Below, one piece after another: positions 27,914-38,321 of a stretch of 64,000 nt of DNA (position 1 is its first letter; each line of letters starts with the position of its first letter). Source of the DNA: an uncultured Bdellovibrionales bacterium (GTDB lineage Bacteria > Bdellovibrionota_C > UBA2361 > CAYQVO01). Below the pieces are notes generated by a model, which made no database searches, was not told the DNA's origin, and saw only the letters and a program-made list of their open reading frames with translations. The DNA is taken from NCBI GenBank assembly GCA_964421085.1, contig CAYQVO010000005.1, positions 54,930-118,929 on the forward strand, given 5' to 3'. The translations under genes and the position numbers were made by a program.

Positions 27914-29121
27914 AGTCTGCCGGCCACCGCATCGATAAACTCTTCCGTTGAAAGATAATGGCGCCTTTCGATATTGCTTCCGTGAACAGCCAGAGCAAGA
28001 TCCTTCGTCATTTGTCCTGATTCGACTGTATCCACACACGCCTTTTCGAGCGAGGCAGCGAATGCTTCCACCTCCGGCTGAGCGTCGAACTTCGCTCTGT
28101 AACGAAGCCCGCCTGTCCAGGCAAATATGGAGGCAATCGGATTTGTCGAAGTCTCTTTCCCCTGCTGATGAAGCCTGTAATGCCGCGTCACAGTGCCGTG
28201 GGCGGCCTCTGTTTCCACGGTTCTTCCGTCGGCAGTCATAAGAACAGATGTCATCAGGCCAAGCGATCCAAATCCCTGGGCGACGATGTCCGACTGCACG
28301 TCGCCGTCATAGTTCTTGCACGCCCAGAGAAATCCTCCCCTTGATTTCAGGCACTGCGCCACCATATCGTCAATCAGCCTGTGCTCGTATGTTATTCCGG
28401 CCTCCGCAAACTTCGACTTGAACCCGGTGTCGAAGATCTCTTCGAAAAGATCCTTGAACCGGCCGTCGTACGCCTTGAGAATCGTGTTCTTGGTCGACAT
28501 GTACACCGGGCACTTCTTTGCAAGGCCGTACGAGAGGCAGCTCCTTGCGAAGTCTCTGATCGAATCGTCCAGGTTATACATGGCCAGGGCCACTCCAGCG
28601 CCCGGGAACTCAAACACCTCATGGCTCACTGCCTCACCGCCGTCCTCAGGCGCAAAAGTGATTGTAAGTTTTCCGCGACCCGGCACCCGGAAATCCGTCG
28701 CTTTATACTGATCTCCAAAGGCATGCCTGCCTATGATTATCGGCTGCGTCCACCCGGGCACGAGACGCGGGACGTTCCGGCAGATAATCGGCTCCCGGAA
28801 AACTGTCCCGCCTATAATGTTCCGTATAGTGCCGTTTGGCGACCTCCACATCTTTTTCAGGTTGAACTCTTTGACCCTTGCTTCGTCAGGAGTGATGGTT
28901 GCGCACTTTACTCCAACCCTGTGTTCTTTGACTGCATTTGCAGCGTCGATTGTGACCTGATCATTCGTCGCGTCACGGTTTTCGATGGAGAGGTCGTAAT
29001 ACTTCAGCTCGATGTCCAGAAAGGGGAGTATCATCCGGTCCTTAATAAGCGCCCAGATAATCCGGGTCATCTCGTCTCCGTCCAGTTCCACTATCGGATT
29101 TTTCACTTTGACTTTTGCCAT
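27910..29121 (-). CDS. icd: NADP-dependent isocitrate dehydrogenase (eukaryotic-type, about 400 aa)
   Basis: '[19 protein letters not shown]...' and '[17 protein letters not shown]' are typical of IDH1/2-type enzymes. Confidence 0.9.
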   Translation of the reverse strand: MAKVKVKNPIVELDGDEMTRIIWALIKDRMILPFLDIELKYYDLSIENRDATNDQVTIDAANAVKEHRVGVKCATITPDEARVKEFNLKKMWRSPNGTIRNIIGGTVFREPIICRNVPRLVPGWTQPIIIGRHAFGDQYKATDFRVPGRGKLTITFAPEDGGEAVSHEVFEFPGAGVALAMYNLDDSIRDFARSCLSYGLAKKCPVYMSTKNTILKAYDGRFKDLFEEIFDTGFKSKFAEAGITYEHRLIDDMVAQCLKSRGGFLWACKNYDGDVQSDIVAQGFGSLGLMTSVLMTADGRTVETEAAHGTVTRHYRLHQQGKETSTNPIASIFAWTGGLRYRAKFDAQPEVEAFAASLEKACVDTVESGQMTKDLALAVHGSNIERRHYLSTEEFIDAVAGRL

Positions 29122-29290
29122 CAGTTTCTCCCGTCACCCCTTTTCGGGACAGTTTAAGGCTTCACGCGGTTATGATCCAGTCCAGGGCCACTTGAAACTT
29201 CAGATTGAATCATGAGAGTCTCTTCCGATGGCAGGAGGATGTCAGGAGAGCCGCGCTTGTCATGGCCGGGATCAACCATATTCACACAGG

Positions 29291-31423
29291 ATGGAGTATC
29301 TCCATATCTTCGTGCTCTGCGCCTTTGCGGTTTCGCATCCGCTTCTTGAAATCCTCGCAGGCGGGCCCGAGTTTTTCGTCGTGCGGGGCTCAGCCCGGAA
29401 AGACGTTGTCGCAATGCTTCTTCTGCTTTTCGCGGGATTGCCCGCTGTTCTGTGCGCCGTTCTCGGAGTTTCGAGTCTTATCTCGCGCCGTCTCCGGGTT
29501 CTCGTGAGATGGATTTTCACTGCGGTACTTGCGGCGCTGATATTGATGCCGGCCATGGGCAGACTGTCCTTATGGCCTCCTTATGCCGTCCTCGCTTCAG
29601 GGTGCACGGCAGGTCTCGCCTGCGCCTTCCTTCTCTCCCGGTATGCCGGAGCGCGCATGTTCGTTGCGTGCATGTCGCCCATTCTGGTCGTTTCTCCTCT
29701 GCTGTTTCTGAGAAACGGCGGAATATCATCCTTCCTTTTCCCGGAAACGGAACACGCCAGCATAGGCGCAGCGGATACGGAAACTCCCCTCGTCATGCTG
29801 CTTTTCGACGAGTTTTCCCTGCACAGCCTCCTCGATGAAAACTTCAAGGTCGATGAAAAACGTTTCCCGAATTTCGCTGCGCTTGCGAAGGAATCCTGGT
29901 GGTTCCGCAACGCAACCGCCGTGAATCAGTTTACGCCGATTGCCGTTCCTGCGATTCTGTCCGGACGCTACCCCAACCCGGAAAAGCTCCTGCCCACTGT
30001 GCGGAACTATCCCGGAAATATTTTCACCATGCTGCAGAGAAGCCACGAGTTTGTGGTCTATGAGCCGATAACCAGACTCTGCCCTGATGAGGTGTGTAAA
30101 GCAGGAATTCCAAAGCCCCGGTTCAGGGAGAGGATGCCCTTTCTATTTGCCGACCTTAGCGCCGTTTATATCGACTACGTTATACCCCGCAACCTCGATG
30201 TGGGGGCGCCTGAAACCGAGGGCAAATGGCTCGATTTCTGGAACGATGAAAAGGACGACTGGAAGAAGGCGGAATTCGAGCGGCCAAGACGCGTAGCGGA
30301 ATTCGAAGCGCAGATAAAGAAAATCCGGGCGACGGAAAAACCTCTCTTCTTTTTTGTGCACGCCATTCTGCCTCACATGCCCTATCAGTTCGCCCCTTCG
30401 GGGAAGACATATTCGATGCGCGGCCCGAGACACGGATATGTGAACAACAGGTGGGACGGCGACGAGGTTGCGACATACCACGGTTTCCAGAGGTATCTTC
30501 TCCAGCTTGCAAACTGCGACAAGCTTCTTGGAAAAGTGATTAACCGCCTTAAGGAGCATGGCCTGTATGACAAAGCGCTGATCTATGTCGGCTCGGATCA
30601 CGGCGTGTCGTTCCAGGCGGGCACTTACCGGCGTGGGAATCCAGGTCACGAAAGCTTCTATGAAGACATTCTGTCAGTGCCGCTGTTCATTAAGAAGCCG
30701 TTTCAGCGCGAACCGGTCGAGAGCGACCTGAACGTTCAGACAATAGATATTCTCCCGACAATAGCCGACGGGTTGGAGATTTCCGTCCCATGGCGGATCG
30801 ACGGAATCTCCGTGTTCGATGCATCGTCAGAGAGGCCCGGGAAGAAACGGATGATGCTCGGCAATCTTCCTGTAAGCGGAGTCGACGGACCTCCATCGGC
30901 TGCACTGGGGAAACCGGGCGAGTTCATGGAGTTCCCTGCGCCGCAGATACCGCCGCGAAAGAGTCTCGAATGGAAATTCTCCCTTCCAGGGTGCCGGCAG
31001 TTCAATCCGGAGGATCGCTTTTTTATCGGGCCTCACGCTGAATATGTCGGAAAGTCCGTTAACGCTCAGGATGTCTCCGGCGGCGCCGTTCAGAAGCCGG
31101 TGAAATGGTACGAGTCAATCGAAACCGAAAACGGCGCGAGATTTATCAAAGTAAATCAGAAGAGCTATTATGTTCCTGTGAGAATTACCGGCACTATCGA
31201 TTCTGAAAAACATCTCGAGCTTGCTCTTGCGATTGACGGAGTGCTTCGTGGGTTCACGTTCACAAGCAACGCCCGTGATCCTTCCCGTAAGGATTTTGAA
31301 TTCCTGGTCAGCGAAGCGTCCTTCCACGACGGCAGAAATGTGATTGAGCTTTTTATTGTGGAAGAGGAGAGGGAAGGGAAGGTTTCGCTGATGGAGATTA
31401 CGGATCAGCAGAAAAGCGGCTGA
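29291..31423 (+). CDS. membrane-anchored sulfatase/alkaline-phosphatase superfamily protein (LTA-synthase/phosphotransferase-like)
   Basis: About 5 N-terminal TM helices, then 'LVMLLFDEFSLHSLL...NATAVNQFTPIAVPAILSGRYP', typical of sulfatase-fold transferases. Start at the 'MEYLHIF' Met. Confidence 0.5.
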   Translation: MEYLHIFVLCAFAVSHPLLEILAGGPEFFVVRGSARKDVVAMLLLLFAGLPAVLCAVLGVSSLISRRLRVLVRWIFTAVLAALILMPAMGRLSLWPPYAVLASGCTAGLACAFLLSRYAGARMFVACMSPILVVSPLLFLRNGGISSFLFPETEHASIGAADTETPLVMLLFDEFSLHSLLDENFKVDEKRFPNFAALAKESWWFRNATAVNQFTPIAVPAILSGRYPNPEKLLPTVRNYPGNIFTMLQRSHEFVVYEPITRLCPDEVCKAGIPKPRFRERMPFLFADLSAVYIDYVIPRNLDVGAPETEGKWLDFWNDEKDDWKKAEFERPRRVAEFEAQIKKIRATEKPLFFFVHAILPHMPYQFAPSGKTYSMRGPRHGYVNNRWDGDEVATYHGFQRYLLQLANCDKLLGKVINRLKEHGLYDKALIYVGSDHGVSFQAGTYRRGNPGHESFYEDILSVPLFIKKPFQREPVESDLNVQTIDILPTIADGLEISVPWRIDGISVFDASSERPGKKRMMLGNLPVSGVDGPPSAALGKPGEFMEFPAPQIPPRKSLEWKFSLPGCRQFNPEDRFFIGPHAEYVGKSVNAQDVSGGAVQKPVKWYESIETENGARFIKVNQKSYYVPVRITGTIDSEKHLELALAIDGVLRGFTFTSNARDPSRKDFEFLVSEASFHDGRNVIELFIVEEEREGKVSLMEITDQQKSG

Positions 31424-31429
31424 ACCCGT

Positions 31430-32866
31430 CTAAACGCCGCGTTGTACTGCATAATACAGCACCCTCGTTCCTGAAAGCGAAACCTGTTTCCGCTCGATAT
31501 TGAACCGCGATGCCAGGCACTGTTCGAAATTCCCGGTCGTATACTCCGAATACTGATCGATCTTGTTCCGGAGAAGCTTCTGGACCATGGGATCTTCACG
31601 GGTGACGAACTCGATAATTATCGAGTCCCCCTGCTGTGCGAGGACTTCGACAAATTCATGAATGGGAACATTTGCTGTAATCACCACGTGATGAATCAGC
31701 GCAAGCGCAAGCATAAGCGAAGGCCGGCCTCTCTGTTCGAGACGCTTTCGCTCGAGACCCCGCCAGCCGAGAGCAGGGGAGGGGCTTGCAAGGTTTGAAA
31801 CAAGAGGAAGAATACTTTTCACCCTCTCGGCCTTGAGCGACTGGTAGAACCGCTCGATTGCCATATGATCAATGTCCATGCCGACAACATAATCAGAGTA
31901 CCTCCCTGCAAGCCTGGAGAAAGTGCCTGTATTGCATCCAAGATCCCATGTCATACGCTGACGGGGCGCGCCCGCGAGTATCTCTTCGATCCAGGCGTAC
32001 TTTTGATCGAAGTTCTCCTTCGAGTAGCTCACGCAGGTGTCCTGATAGTCCGACCACTCGGTTTTCTGCGCCCGGGGAGAGAGTTTTGACACGAGCTTTT
32101 TAAGGCTTCTCACATTTGCAAGGATCAGCTCCTTGTGGAAGCCCGCCTTTGCAAGAGCTCCTTTTACGTCTTTTCCAGTCCCTCCGAAATTCTGCTGAAG
32201 CTTGCTGTGCAGGAATACGTGCTTCAAAACTCCCGGGCGGAACACATCGAATCCGGACAGCAGCTTCCAGAAATCTTCAGGAGAGATGCCTTCAAGCGAA
32301 CCCTTCAGGATTCCCTGGAAGGGTACGCCCTTGTAGGCCTGAAGCATGAGAGGGTAGAGGCAGAGTTCGCAGAACTGCCTGTAGCCGACCCAGACCTGTC
32401 CTTCGGAGAGCGGCTCAAAGGAAAGAATATCTATGAATGCCGGAACTGAGCCGCGGAACTGAACATTGTAAGGGGTCGCATCCTTAAGAATCATGTCTTC
32501 CTGAAGCGCCTCTTCGAGCAGCTCAAGCTGCAGCAGCGATGCGTCTTTCAGCATGCCGAAAGACCACTCGTATGGGTAGGAGATAAATGGAATCCGTTCG
32601 TGCGAAAGGAGTCCCGCCCACTGGTGTTCTGCTGAGAGAGACGACGCATCAACTTCGCTGCTTTCTTCTGTGCCGACAATTCTTCCGGCACTTGAAGCTT
32701 CGTTGAAAAACCTCTTCTTCGTGAGGAGGTTCCAGGCTTCGCATGCTTCCGGCGAGAGAGCGCGGTAAACCTTGTCATTAAGGTAATAAATGCGTCCAGT
32801 GCGATCGCGAAACGATCCTGGTTCGAGCTGACTCGAATCAGCAGAAACCTTTCCTGCGGCATTCAT
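31430..32866 (-). CDS. protein with an uncharacterised N-terminal domain of about 300 aa fused to a class I SAM-dependent methyltransferase
   Basis: 'MTWDLGCNTGTFSRLAGRYSDYVVGMDID' is SAM-binding motif I (GxGxG-like) followed by acidic post-I residues. Confidence 0.5.
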   Translation of the reverse strand: MNAAGKVSADSSQLEPGSFRDRTGRIYYLNDKVYRALSPEACEAWNLLTKKRFFNEASSAGRIVGTEESSEVDASSLSAEHQWAGLLSHERIPFISYPYEWSFGMLKDASLLQLELLEEALQEDMILKDATPYNVQFRGSVPAFIDILSFEPLSEGQVWVGYRQFCELCLYPLMLQAYKGVPFQGILKGSLEGISPEDFWKLLSGFDVFRPGVLKHVFLHSKLQQNFGGTGKDVKGALAKAGFHKELILANVRSLKKLVSKLSPRAQKTEWSDYQDTCVSYSKENFDQKYAWIEEILAGAPRQRMTWDLGCNTGTFSRLAGRYSDYVVGMDIDHMAIERFYQSLKAERVKSILPLVSNLASPSPALGWRGLERKRLEQRGRPSLMLALALIHHVVITANVPIHEFVEVLAQQGDSIIIEFVTREDPMVQKLLRNKIDQYSEYTTGNFEQCLASRFNIERKQVSLSGTRVLYYAVQRGV

Positions 32867-32877
32867 CAGTGATCCTT

Positions 32878-33090
32878 TCAGTCCTTCTTTTCGGCTTTGC
32901 CGCGGAAAAGGCCTGTGAACTCCTTCCAGTACATTTTCCCAAGGACGACAAGACCGGCAATGCCGCCGAGGATGGCCTGGAGAATCATGCTTCCGGTTCC
33001 CGCATCGAGGTAGGCAAATGCGTTGCCGGAAAGGCAGAGGTTAATCAGACACGCGGCAACCAGGGCTTTGCATACGGGGCTATTGTGCAT
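32878..33090 (-). CDS. small (70 aa) two-helix membrane protein, 11 nt upstream of the methyltransferase gene
   Basis: Hydrophobic segments 'ALVAACLINLCL' and 'MILQAILGGIAGLVVLG' with a basic C-tail. Confidence 0.35.
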   Translation of the reverse strand: MHNSPVCKALVAACLINLCLSGNAFAYLDAGTGSMILQAILGGIAGLVVLGKMYWKEFTGLFRGKAEKKD

Positions 33091-33594
33091 CGATATTAAT
33101 TCCTGAAACGCAAGTTTTATGTCGAATGTGTATTGTCTTAAATAATTTAATGCGGGTGATATAGCAATCCCCCCGGCACATTCCGGCCATTATAAGCGCA
33201 GCCCTCGAGGTTGCGGGATGAGTCCCGGAACGCCTAAGGCCCTGAAAAAACGGAATTAAAGAAGATTTCCACAGATTTGCTTTTACTTTGCCTGCTGCCG
33301 GGACTATTCTGTCGGGCGTTATTCCATCGCATGCGGGAGGGAAATGCAGTCCCCAATCATATATGATCGTCATGATAGTCCCTTCACGTACACTCGGCCA
33401 CTTGAGCGATCGCTGCTTGAAATACTCTTAAGCCTTTTGCTGGCTGCAATCATTGCAGCGATTACCTTTGTCCCGCTCGCAGCGGCAGGGACCGCCTGGT
33501 TCTTTTAATTCCTGACCGTCATTAATTTGGCTCTCGCTGCTTCCGCCTGTCCGTAACTCCCCGCTCCTGCTGTCTTTTCTTCGCGGCACAGAAC

Positions 33595-34452
33595 TTGAAC
33601 CCCGCTTTGTCGGACGAATATATCTCGAGGAGCGCCCTTGCGATGAATACACCAGCTTATGCTTTATCGGACTATGATGCGAGGTCGATTGACCGGAGCG
33701 TGCTTACAGGAATCCTGCTTTCCTTCGGGCTCATTTTCTGCGGAATGATTCTAAGCGGCCGACTCGGAAGCTTTCTGAATCCGGCAGGCATTTTAATTGT
33801 AATCGGCGGGACCCTCAGCGCTTCGCTTGTCCACTATTCGTGGAAGGAGATCGCGTACGCGCTTCAGCTCGCCATGGGCAGTCTCAGGGAATCCGACAAG
33901 GACCCCCTGGCGCGAATCCAGTACCTCGTGCGGGTGGCATCGGCCGTCAAGCAGGACGGGATGCTTTTCCTCGACAGGGAAGCAGCAAGACAGAGAGACC
34001 CTTTCATGCGGAAAGCAATGGAGATTACCTCCGATGGGCAGGACGCCTCTGTGATAAAAAGGATCCTCGAGACGGAGATGAGGGCATCTCATCAGCGCGC
34101 GACACGCGCAGTCCAGGTTTTTCAGACAATGGGCACATTTGCCCCGGCTCTTGGTCTTATCGGCACACTAATCGGCCTGATTCAGATGCTCGGGGCGCTT
34201 GGTGATCCTTCGTCGGTAGGCCCTGCGATGGCGGTGGCGCTCACAGGAACATTCTACGGCGCCGTTCTGGCCAACCTTCTGTTTCTCCCGGTGGCCGGAA
34301 AAATAAAGCTGCAGGAGGAAGAAGATATGCTGGTCAAGGCAATCACAGTCGAAGCGATGGTGAGCCTGAGCCGGCAGGAAGGCGCAATCGTGATGGAGCA
34401 GCGACTTCAGAGCTTTCTCCCCATAGGTCCAGGAGGAGCATACGATAGATGA
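33595..34452 (+). CDS. motA: flagellar stator protein MotA (MotA/TolQ/ExbB family)
   Basis: 285 aa. The C-terminal TM pair 'ALGLIGTLIGLIQMLGALGD...AMAVALTGTFYGAVLANLLFLPVA' is MotA-typical. Confidence 0.8.
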   Translation: MNPALSDEYISRSALAMNTPAYALSDYDARSIDRSVLTGILLSFGLIFCGMILSGRLGSFLNPAGILIVIGGTLSASLVHYSWKEIAYALQLAMGSLRESDKDPLARIQYLVRVASAVKQDGMLFLDREAARQRDPFMRKAMEITSDGQDASVIKRILETEMRASHQRATRAVQVFQTMGTFAPALGLIGTLIGLIQMLGALGDPSSVGPAMAVALTGTFYGAVLANLLFLPVAGKIKLQEEEDMLVKAITVEAMVSLSRQEGAIVMEQRLQSFLPIGPGGAYDR

Positions 34453-34931
34453 AGGGGTGGGGGAAAACAGGGAGTAAAGAAGTCGTTCCAAACACCTTTG
34501 CTTCTCAGTATATCTCAATCATTCTCATAATTTTCACGTGCATCGTCTGGGCGTTCTTTTCTGATCAGGGAAAGTCTGCGTCCGCAAAAAAAGACGCGGT
34601 GAAGCCTGTTGAGGAACTCCGGCTTGTTGAAGTCCCTCTGTCTTCGGAAATTTCGACAGTATCCCTCGAGACTCTTTTCACGGTGGAAGGAGACCTGAAT
34701 ACGGAAGCTGCTGAGATCTATGCCGTGTTTCTCTCGAACCATGATATCAACGCCGAGTTCGAGGTGCTTGTGCCGGTCAGCAGCTTCGAGAAGTCATTCA
34801 GGATGACCCGGACTCTGGATGCTTTCTTCCAGTCAAAATCCCTCCCGGCAGGCGCTGTAAAGATCTTTGTTCTCCCCTCTCAGGACCGGCCGGGAGTCCG
34901 GGTTCGCCTCAACAAAGGGGGGCCGGCATGA
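34449..34931 (+). CDS. hypothetical single-pass membrane protein between motA and motB (FliL-like role possible)
   Basis: One TM 'ISIILIIFTCIVWAFF' then about 120 periplasmic residues. Its start and stop overlap the motA stop and the motB start. Confidence 0.4.
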   Translation: MKGWGKTGSKEVVPNTFASQYISIILIIFTCIVWAFFSDQGKSASAKKDAVKPVEELRLVEVPLSSEISTVSLETLFTVEGDLNTEAAEIYAVFLSNHDINAEFEVLVPVSSFEKSFRMTRTLDAFFQSKSLPAGAVKIFVLPSQDRPGVRVRLNKGGPA

Positions 34932-35554
34932 GCCATCTCGAAAAAAAAGTGCAGAACATCTGGCTTATTACGTTTGGCGATCTTTTGACACTTCTCCTCT
35001 GTTTCTTTATCGCCGTAATCACGCTTTCAGGGGCCGGAGTGAAGTCATTCCAGGATGCGATGGAAAAAACCGCGAGTGAAAACAACGACCTGGTTCGCGC
35101 AAGATACTCCCCATCGCGTGAAACAGAAACTGGCACTGTCGTTGCAAATCTCAGGCAGGAGGCAAAGCCCGCGCTCGTGGAAGTCCAGGCCGAAGGCAGG
35201 ACGATTCTCGAGATGACATTCAGCGAACCTCAGCTGTCGGCCGGCGTGGAACCGGCGGCAGAAGCATTAAACAGGGTCTTAACCCCCTGGACCAGAAAGG
35301 ATTCGTTGAAAGCGTCGACTGCGGACATTGAATCGTGTGTGCCGCTGGAAACGGCGGCAGAGGAAGCAGCATGGTCCATCAGCAGCGCCCGGGCCCTGGC
35401 TGTACGACGTCAATTAATTGACCTCGGCTTCCCCGATTCGCGGTTAAGGCTTCGAAGCATCGGCAGTGAATGCCGGCGGCTTGGAGCAGGGATTAAAAAA
35501 CCTGGACCGGAAGTATCTCTGAGAGTTACGGCGGTCTTTACCCGACTCCGCTAG
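34928..35554 (+). CDS. motB: MotB-like stator protein with a short OmpA-like C-terminal region
   Basis: 'WLITFGDLLTLLLCFF' includes the conserved Asp of MotB's TM plug. The C-terminal 'ALAVRRQLIDLGFPDSRLRLRSIGSE' is OmpA-like. Only 208 aa. Confidence 0.65.
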   Translation: MSHLEKKVQNIWLITFGDLLTLLLCFFIAVITLSGAGVKSFQDAMEKTASENNDLVRARYSPSRETETGTVVANLRQEAKPALVEVQAEGRTILEMTFSEPQLSAGVEPAAEALNRVLTPWTRKDSLKASTADIESCVPLETAAEEAAWSISSARALAVRRQLIDLGFPDSRLRLRSIGSECRRLGAGIKKPGPEVSLRVTAVFTRLR

Positions 35555-35677
35555 CTGCGCAGGGAAAAGAGCTTCGTCGGGTAACCCGCCGGAGCAGGGT
35601 TGGAAGTCTCGGGTGTTGAAGTGGTTAAGAGTCCGCGAAGGCGGGTTAAGAAAGGATAGCAAGGAAGGTTAGTTCGG

Positions 35678-36709
35678 ATGAATCAGGTTCTTACCCAGGA
35701 TGAAATTAACTCGCTGTTACAGGGTCTCTCTGAGGGCGAGATAGAGCAGGACAGCGTCGAATCCCACAAGCAGGTGTTGGCGAATGTCAAGAAGTTCGAC
35801 CTGGCCAACCAGGAACGCATCATCCGCGGACGAATGCCGACGATGGAGCTCATCCACGATCGTTTCGCCCGTCAGTTCAGAACCACTCTTTCGAAGTTTC
35901 TCGGCCGGACATGCTTCGCCAATGTGGGCGGCATTGAGATGGTGAAGTTTGGTCTCTTCATGAAGAAACTTCCGCTTCCTTCCTCTCTTCATATATTCCG
36001 GATGCCTCCTCTCCCTGGCTATGCGCTGATGGTTGTGTCGGCCCCGCTTGTGTTCGGAATCATCGACAGCCTTTTCGGTGGAAGCGGACTGGGGAGGGTA
36101 AAGATAGAAGGCCGTGAATATACCCCGATTGAAACAAGGCTTATCGGTAAAGTCGTAATGCAGGCCCTCGATGTCCTCAAAGACGCATGGGCTCCTATTC
36201 ACCCGGTCGACTTCGTGTACGTTCGATCGGAGTTCAATCCTCTTGCTATCGCAATCGTGCCGCCGACTGATGTGGTCGTCATTGTCACGATTGAAGTCGA
36301 GCTGGAGCAGGAGACGACGAGCCTCATCCTCTGCACACCTTCGTCGACCATCGACCCGTTGAAATCAAAACTTGCGGCCGGCTTCCAGAGCACACGTCTC
36401 GAAGTAGACAGCGGTGTTGTGAAGAGACTGGAAGGCAGCATAAGGCAGACACCTGCGAACGTCAGTGTGCAGCTTGCGACAGGCGCCATCAAGACAAAAG
36501 ATTTCCTCAACCTTATGCCGGGCGACATCATGACGATGGACACGAATCCTTCCGATGAAGCGATGCTGATGGTTGAAGGAGAGCCGAAGTATTACGGGTA
36601 TGTGGGAAGCTATCGGGGGAACAGGGCGATTCGTGTGACACGCGCGATTCCGAAGAGAGATCTCATAAACTACAACAACAGACTGGAGCAGAAACAAAAT
36701 GGCGGATAA
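35678..36709 (+). CDS. fliM: flagellar motor switch protein FliM
   Basis: The N-terminal 'LTQDEINSLL' is the CheY-P binding motif. Middle domain, then a C-terminal SpoA-like domain. Confidence 0.85.
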   Translation: MNQVLTQDEINSLLQGLSEGEIEQDSVESHKQVLANVKKFDLANQERIIRGRMPTMELIHDRFARQFRTTLSKFLGRTCFANVGGIEMVKFGLFMKKLPLPSSLHIFRMPPLPGYALMVVSAPLVFGIIDSLFGGSGLGRVKIEGREYTPIETRLIGKVVMQALDVLKDAWAPIHPVDFVYVRSEFNPLAIAIVPPTDVVVIVTIEVELEQETTSLILCTPSSTIDPLKSKLAAGFQSTRLEVDSGVVKRLEGSIRQTPANVSVQLATGAIKTKDFLNLMPGDIMTMDTNPSDEAMLMVEGEPKYYGYVGSYRGNRAIRVTRAIPKRDLINYNNRLEQKQNGG

Positions 36710-37049
36710 CGAAACTATTGACGAACTTGAGAAAGTAGCAGCAGCAGCGGGTAACGTCGCACACGCCGCATCGTCGGGAAGTCGATCTCCACAGACGCTG
36801 GACTTCATTCTGGACGTAACGCTTCAGGTCACTGTCGAGGTGGGAAGGGCGCGGATGACGATCCAGGATCTGCTTCAGCTTGGCCAGGGTTCCGTGGTGG
36901 AGCTCGAGAAGCTGGCAGGAGAACCGCTTGATGTGTATATCAACGGAAAGCCGGTGGCCAGAGGCGAGGCAGTGATAGTGAATGAAAAATTCGGCGTTCG
37001 TCTTACGGATATCATATCCCCCGACGACAGAGTGGATGCTCTGGCATAG
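36699..37049 (+). CDS. fliN: flagellar motor switch protein FliN
   Basis: SpoA domain 'LDFILDVTLQVTVEVGRARMTIQDLLQLGQGSVVELEKLAGEPLDVYINGKPVARGEAVIVNEKFGVRLTDI'. Confidence 0.85.
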   Translation: MADNETIDELEKVAAAAGNVAHAASSGSRSPQTLDFILDVTLQVTVEVGRARMTIQDLLQLGQGSVVELEKLAGEPLDVYINGKPVARGEAVIVNEKFGVRLTDIISPDDRVDALA

Positions 37050-37062
37050 CTGGAGTGATTCG

Positions 37063-37563
37063 ATGAAGCGATTTCTGCCGGCTCTAATCGTCTTACTGCT
37101 GCTGAGTGCCTCCGCACTTCCGGCCCAGGACCGCACTCCTGTCTCTGAAGCTGAAAAGCTCGAGCGGACGAAAGCAATTCTTGCTGAAAATTCATCAGCC
37201 GCGGCCGGAGGAAAACAGCGGACGCAGTCGCCCTGGAACGGCGATACGGAGCAGGGGTTCGGCGCTGCCGGAGCATCGATGTTCAAGAGCCTTGCATTCT
37301 GCCTCGGTATACTACTTGTCGGGCTCGCAGTTTACAGAAAACTGAACAGGCGGAACGAGACCGGCGGCTCGAAGCGAATACGGGTTCTGGAAAAAGTTCC
37401 ACTGACACACAGAAGCGTGCTTGTGCTGCTCGAGGTTGACGGCAGGAAGATAGTCGCGTCGGCCGGACAGGATCACGTGTCTTTTCTGAACATGGACGGC
37501 GGAGCGAAGGAGGAGAATACATTCGAGCAATCACTGAAGGAAGTATGCGTAAAGGAACGGTAG
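37063..37563 (+). CDS. fliO: flagellar biosynthesis protein FliO-like
   Basis: A small single-TM protein between fliN and fliP in conserved order, with low sequence conservation as expected. Start at the 'MKRFLPA' Met. Confidence 0.5.
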   Translation: MKRFLPALIVLLLLSASALPAQDRTPVSEAEKLERTKAILAENSSAAAGGKQRTQSPWNGDTEQGFGAAGASMFKSLAFCLGILLVGLAVYRKLNRRNETGGSKRIRVLEKVPLTHRSVLVLLEVDGRKIVASAGQDHVSFLNMDGGAKEENTFEQSLKEVCVKER

Positions 37564-38321
37564 CGATTCTGCGATTTGTTGCGATTGCATCCATCATTCT
37601 CCTGATGGCGGGGCATGTGTCGGCCCAGGAAGCGTCGATTCCGGCGCTCTCCATAAACATCGGCGGAAGCGCGGCGAACCAGCAGGGCGGCAACGCCGCC
37701 TCTGCGATCAAAGTCATGCTGCTTCTCACGCTCATTTCGTTCGGGCCCGCCATGGTCCTCACGATGACGTCGTTTACACGCATTGCGATAGTTCTGAGCC
37801 TTGCGCGGACCACTCTTGGCGTCGCTTCTACGCCTCCGAATATGGTCATATCAGGGCTCGCGCTGTTTCTCACAATAGCGATAATGAATCCTGTCCTGAC
37901 AAAGATGTATCAGGAAGGACTGAATCCCTATCTCGAGGGACAGATCTCCGAGCAGGAAGCAATCACAAAAACGACGGGCCCGCTGAAGAAGTTTCTTGTC
38001 AAGCACGCCCGTGAAAAGGACCTCGCACTTTTTCTCGAAATTACGAAGTCTAAAGTCCCTGATTCTCCCGACGACGTGCCGTTCTTTGTGGCGGTGCCTT
38101 CTTTTGTCATGAGCGAGCTCAACCTGGCTTTCCAGATCGGATTTCTCATAGCAGTCCCGTTCTTGATTCTGGATATGGTTGTGTCGTCGGTTCTCACATC
38201 GATGAGCATGATCACACTTCCTCCTGTGGTTATCTCGCTTCCGCTGAAGCTCATGCTTTTCGTGATAGTGGACGGCTGGCACTTGATTATCAGTTCACTC
38301 GTACAGACTTATCATACATAG
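37545..38321 (+). CDS. fliP: flagellar type III export apparatus protein FliP
   Basis: Signal peptide plus 'MLLLTLISFGPAMVLTMTSFTRIAIVLSLAR' and 'PFLILDMVVSSVLTSMSMITLPP'. Confidence 0.85.
   Translation: MRKGTVAILRFVAIASIILLMAGHVSAQEASIPALSINIGGSAANQQGGNAASAIKVMLLLTLISFGPAMVLTMTSFTRIAIVLSLARTTLGVASTPPNMVISGLALFLTIAIMNPVLTKMYQEGLNPYLEGQISEQEAITKTTGPLKKFLVKHAREKDLALFLEITKSKVPDSPDDVPFFVAVPSFVMSELNLAFQIGFLIAVPFLILDMVVSSVLTSMSMITLPPVVISLPLKLMLFVIVDGWHLIISSLVQTYHT

Noticed and set aside
33441-33457. TGGCTG...TTGCA as a sigma-54 promoter for motA
   Set aside because: The GG-to-GC spacing is 11 nt rather than the required 10, so it is more likely just a palindrome. It is kept only as a dyad observation.
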